This document shows, in pieces, positions 59,859 through 64,000 of a stretch of DNA of 64,000 nt (the stretch's first letter is position 1; each line of letters begins with the position of its first letter). The position numbers were made by a program, and so were the translations under genes. The notes beneath the pieces are model-generated. The model was not told where the DNA came from and searched no databases. It worked only from the letters and a program-made list of their open reading frames with translations. The DNA comes from an uncultured Candidatus Binatia bacterium (GTDB taxonomy: Bacteria; Desulfobacterota; Binatia; Bin18). The DNA lies in NCBI GenBank assembly GCA_965214605.1, contig OZ243961.1, positions 736,001 through 800,000 of the forward strand, given 5' to 3'.

Positions 59859-60784
59859 TCCTCCCACAGACTGGTGCTGCTGTAGCGCTCGCCGATATCT
59901 GGGAATAAGGTCACAATACGTCCCCGTCCCAGCTGCTGGGCGATTCTCCAGGCCCCATACAGATAGGCCCCCGAAGACTGGCCGATAAAGAACCCCAGGC
60001 TGGCTGCCCGGTTACACATCTCGTAGGCGTGCTCAATCTGCACCGGGATCCACTCATCGACAAGATCCGGGTCAAAAATCTCGGGCATAATATATTCTGG
60101 CCCTAAGGGTTTCAGCCCTTCCACCCCGGGAAATTCCTCGGGCGCCACACATGCAATCTTGATGGCCGGGTTGTGCTCTTTGAGGCGTTGAGCCACCCCG
60201 GTAATTGTGCCGCCGGTGCCGACCCCGGCCACAAACCACTCTAAGCGGCCGTCCGTTTGAGACAGGATCTCTTCGGCGGTCGTTTCATAGTGGGCACGCC
60301 AGTTGCTGTCGTTGCTGTATTGATCTGCAAAGAAATAGTGCTCAGGCCGGGCTTCATAGCGGCGGCGTACCTCACGCAGCGCCTCGTCGTAGCCAGCAAC
60401 AGCATCGGTCAACACCAGATCTGCCCCGTGGGCGCGGATGCGTTGCTTTCGCTCTTGGCTGGCGTTCTCTGGCACGACGAGCTCGACCCGACGACCTAGG
60501 ACCGTGCCAATCATGGCATACGCGATGCCGGCGTTACCGGACGATGAGTCAAGAATCACTCGCTCGGGCGGTAAACGTCCATCCACGATAGCCTGAGCCA
60601 GCATGCGTAACACCGGCCGATCTTTGACCGAGCCGCCGGGATTTAAGAACTCACACTTGGTCCAGATCTCGACTTCGGGCAGCTCGGTCTGAAACAGACC
60701 GACCGGAACGAGCGGAGTGTTGCCCACCACGGTCAGCAGCGGGTAGTTTTGAATGAGGGCTTGAAGGGCTTGAGGGCGTGGCAT
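59855..60784 (-). CDS. cysM: PLP-dependent cysteine synthase family protein (CysM-like)
   Basis: VGNTPL, NPGGSVKDR, SSGNAG, GVGTGGT and GQSSG motifs. Confidence 0.85.
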   Translation of the reverse strand: MPRPQALQALIQNYPLLTVVGNTPLVPVGLFQTELPEVEIWTKCEFLNPGGSVKDRPVLRMLAQAIVDGRLPPERVILDSSSGNAGIAYAMIGTVLGRRVELVVPENASQERKQRIRAHGADLVLTDAVAGYDEALREVRRRYEARPEHYFFADQYSNDSNWRAHYETTAEEILSQTDGRLEWFVAGVGTGGTITGVAQRLKEHNPAIKIACVAPEEFPGVEGLKPLGPEYIMPEIFDPDLVDEWIPVQIEHAYEMCNRAASLGFFIGQSSGAYLYGAWRIAQQLGRGRIVTLFPDIGERYSSTSLWED

Positions 60785-60802
60785 GCATCCTCCACAACTC
60801 AC

Positions 60803-61105
60803 TCAGCAACCGGCGTCTGGAGCCTCTTCGATCCGACGAGGGGCAGAGGAGGACGTTTCCCCAGCCTCCTCATCGGCAGAGATGTCAAAGAAAGCGTCCA
60901 GGCTAGCTAACAGCTGGGCGCGGACGTGGGCACGGGTACCCTCAATCAGATGGAGCGGGACGCGACCGCTCTCGCCCGCGCTGAACCCGACCTGACCGGC
61001 CGTCAGCTGTTTGACCTGCTGGGCCGGGAAGAGACCAACGCCATAGATCAGACAGAACCTTTTGTCCTTGCCCTTTCCACCTGGGACTGCGTGTAGCTTT
61101 GCCAT
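60803..61105 (-). CDS. Hypothetical protein
   Basis: About 100-aa ORF with a GGGAGG RBS, between thiC and cysM. Confidence 0.6.
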   Translation of the reverse strand: MAKLHAVPGGKGKDKRFCLIYGVGLFPAQQVKQLTAGQVGFSAGESGRVPLHLIEGTRAHVRAQLLASLDAFFDISADEEAGETSSSAPRRIEEAPDAGC

Positions 61106-61181
61106 GCCCATCGTCCTCCCTTCGCAGCTATAGCGGAGCATACAGAGCAGGCATAGGCGCTGTCAATTCCAGGGCGGGCCC

Positions 61182-63050
<1,869 letters not shown>

Positions 63051-63180
63051 CTACCTCCTTATTCCTCAAACCAAGACAAGCTGCTCCGATCTCCGTGGGC
63101 GCCCCTGGTCTGGCCGGGAGCGGAAGACATCGGGCGGATGGAAACAAATGTGACGGAAGAAAAGATGCGGAGAGACGTGG

Positions 63181-63280
63181 CATCGTATTCCCTTCGCTGG
63201 CATTACCCAGTGCAGGTTCCAGGGGTCGATGAGTCCCAAGACTCATCCTCTCAGCCAATTACTCAGCTCCCCCAACGACC
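63181..63280 (-). ncRNA. TPP riboswitch
   Basis: Minus strand GGGGAGC...GCTGAGAG...GACCC..GAACCTG..CTGGGTAATGCCAGCGAAGGGAA upstream of thiC. Confidence 0.96.
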
Positions 63281-63301
63281 GTGTGGCCGCTAGTGCGGTA
63301 G

Positions 63302-63330
63302 ATACTATGCCGCACGGTAACGGCTGTCAA
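63302..63330 (-). promoter_or_regulatory. Sigma70 promoter for the TPP-thiC leader
   Basis: Minus strand TTGACA-N17-TAGTAT just upstream of the riboswitch. Confidence 0.75.
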
Positions 63331-63672
63331 CGGAGGCCTATACCCGAGCAAGCGGATCGGTGGTTTATCGGCACCTAGCACCCACCGTTGACGTACAGAG
63401 TCTGGTCGGTGATATACGCGACTCCTCCAAACACGGCAGGACACCCGTTGCCGCAATCTCTTCGGGTTTGTCCGCCGGGCCGAGCGGGACTTTGCGAACC
63501 CTGCGCTCAGCGGGTAAAAATCAACCTGCTCTCGCTGCTCCGGTGTCAACGGCTATGCCGCGTCGGTTACAGGTCACAACCGGACACCTGATCTGCAAGA
63601 ATCGCTTAACAGTAGCCGTCCCGAGTTCTCAAAACGCGCTGGTGATCAAAGCCTGCCCGTGTGGCAGCCTAC

Positions 63673-64000
63673 TCATTCGCCGCCCTGCCATTTCTTCAGC
63701 TGCTGAAGAGGCCCTAGCCTTTTTTCTCCCGTCCCCAGCTTGAGTTCGCTGTCCTGGCGCAGCCAGTCGATCGTATGATCGACCTGATCGCGCTCCCGCT
63801 CAAGAAAGTGACTCACCGCCTCGGCAAAGCGCGGCTCGGCCATAAAGTGCATGCTGATCGTCGGCTGAGGATCAAAGCCACGCAGACGCTTAAAGTCCCC
63901 GCCTGCGCCGGGTTCAAAGCGCACCATGCGGTTTCGGATACAGTGGGCAATAGCCGCGTAGTAGCAGACGTTGAAGTGCAGGTGACGTAGCTCGCGAAAA
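63673..64000 (-). CDS. DUF482 / FemAB-like GNAT protein, C-terminal part (5' end outside the window)
   Basis: LHFNVCYY..I..CI....RFEPGAGG.FK..RGF.P motif. Confidence 0.8.
   Translation of the reverse strand, partial: FRELRHLHFNVCYYAAIAHCIRNRMVRFEPGAGGDFKRLRGFDPQPTISMHFMAEPRFAEAVSHFLERERDQVDHTIDWLRQDSELKLGTGEKRLGPLQQLKKWQGGE

Overview
GC-rich bacterial chromosomal segment. The many family III CoA-transferases, luciferase-like (LLM) oxidoreductases, SDRs and the DUF1302/DUF1329-type genes resemble deltaproteobacterial or Binatota-like organisms; this is inference, not a database result. Left to right: (1) a minus-strand cluster encoding an outer-membrane barrel, a LolA-like protein, a lipoprotein hydrolase and four CoA-transferases; (2) a sigma54/IHF-controlled phage-shock locus, pspF / pspA-orfX-pspB-pspC; (3) assorted metabolic genes; (4) a complete type I Zorya anti-phage operon (zorABCD, 21201-30188); (5) about 25 kb of redox and acyl-CoA catabolic genes with several decaying paralogs; (6) the housekeeping block maf-yggS-proC-yggT-yggU, tRNA-Val(CAC), cysM and a TPP-riboswitch-controlled thiC. 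Zorya itself is a known system. The most unusual feature is its zorA gene, which carries about 4.5 near-identical 360-bp (120-aa) tandem repeats, each full unit including a copy of the protein's own C-terminal tail-tip segment. No CRISPR array, rRNA, integrase or transposase was found.
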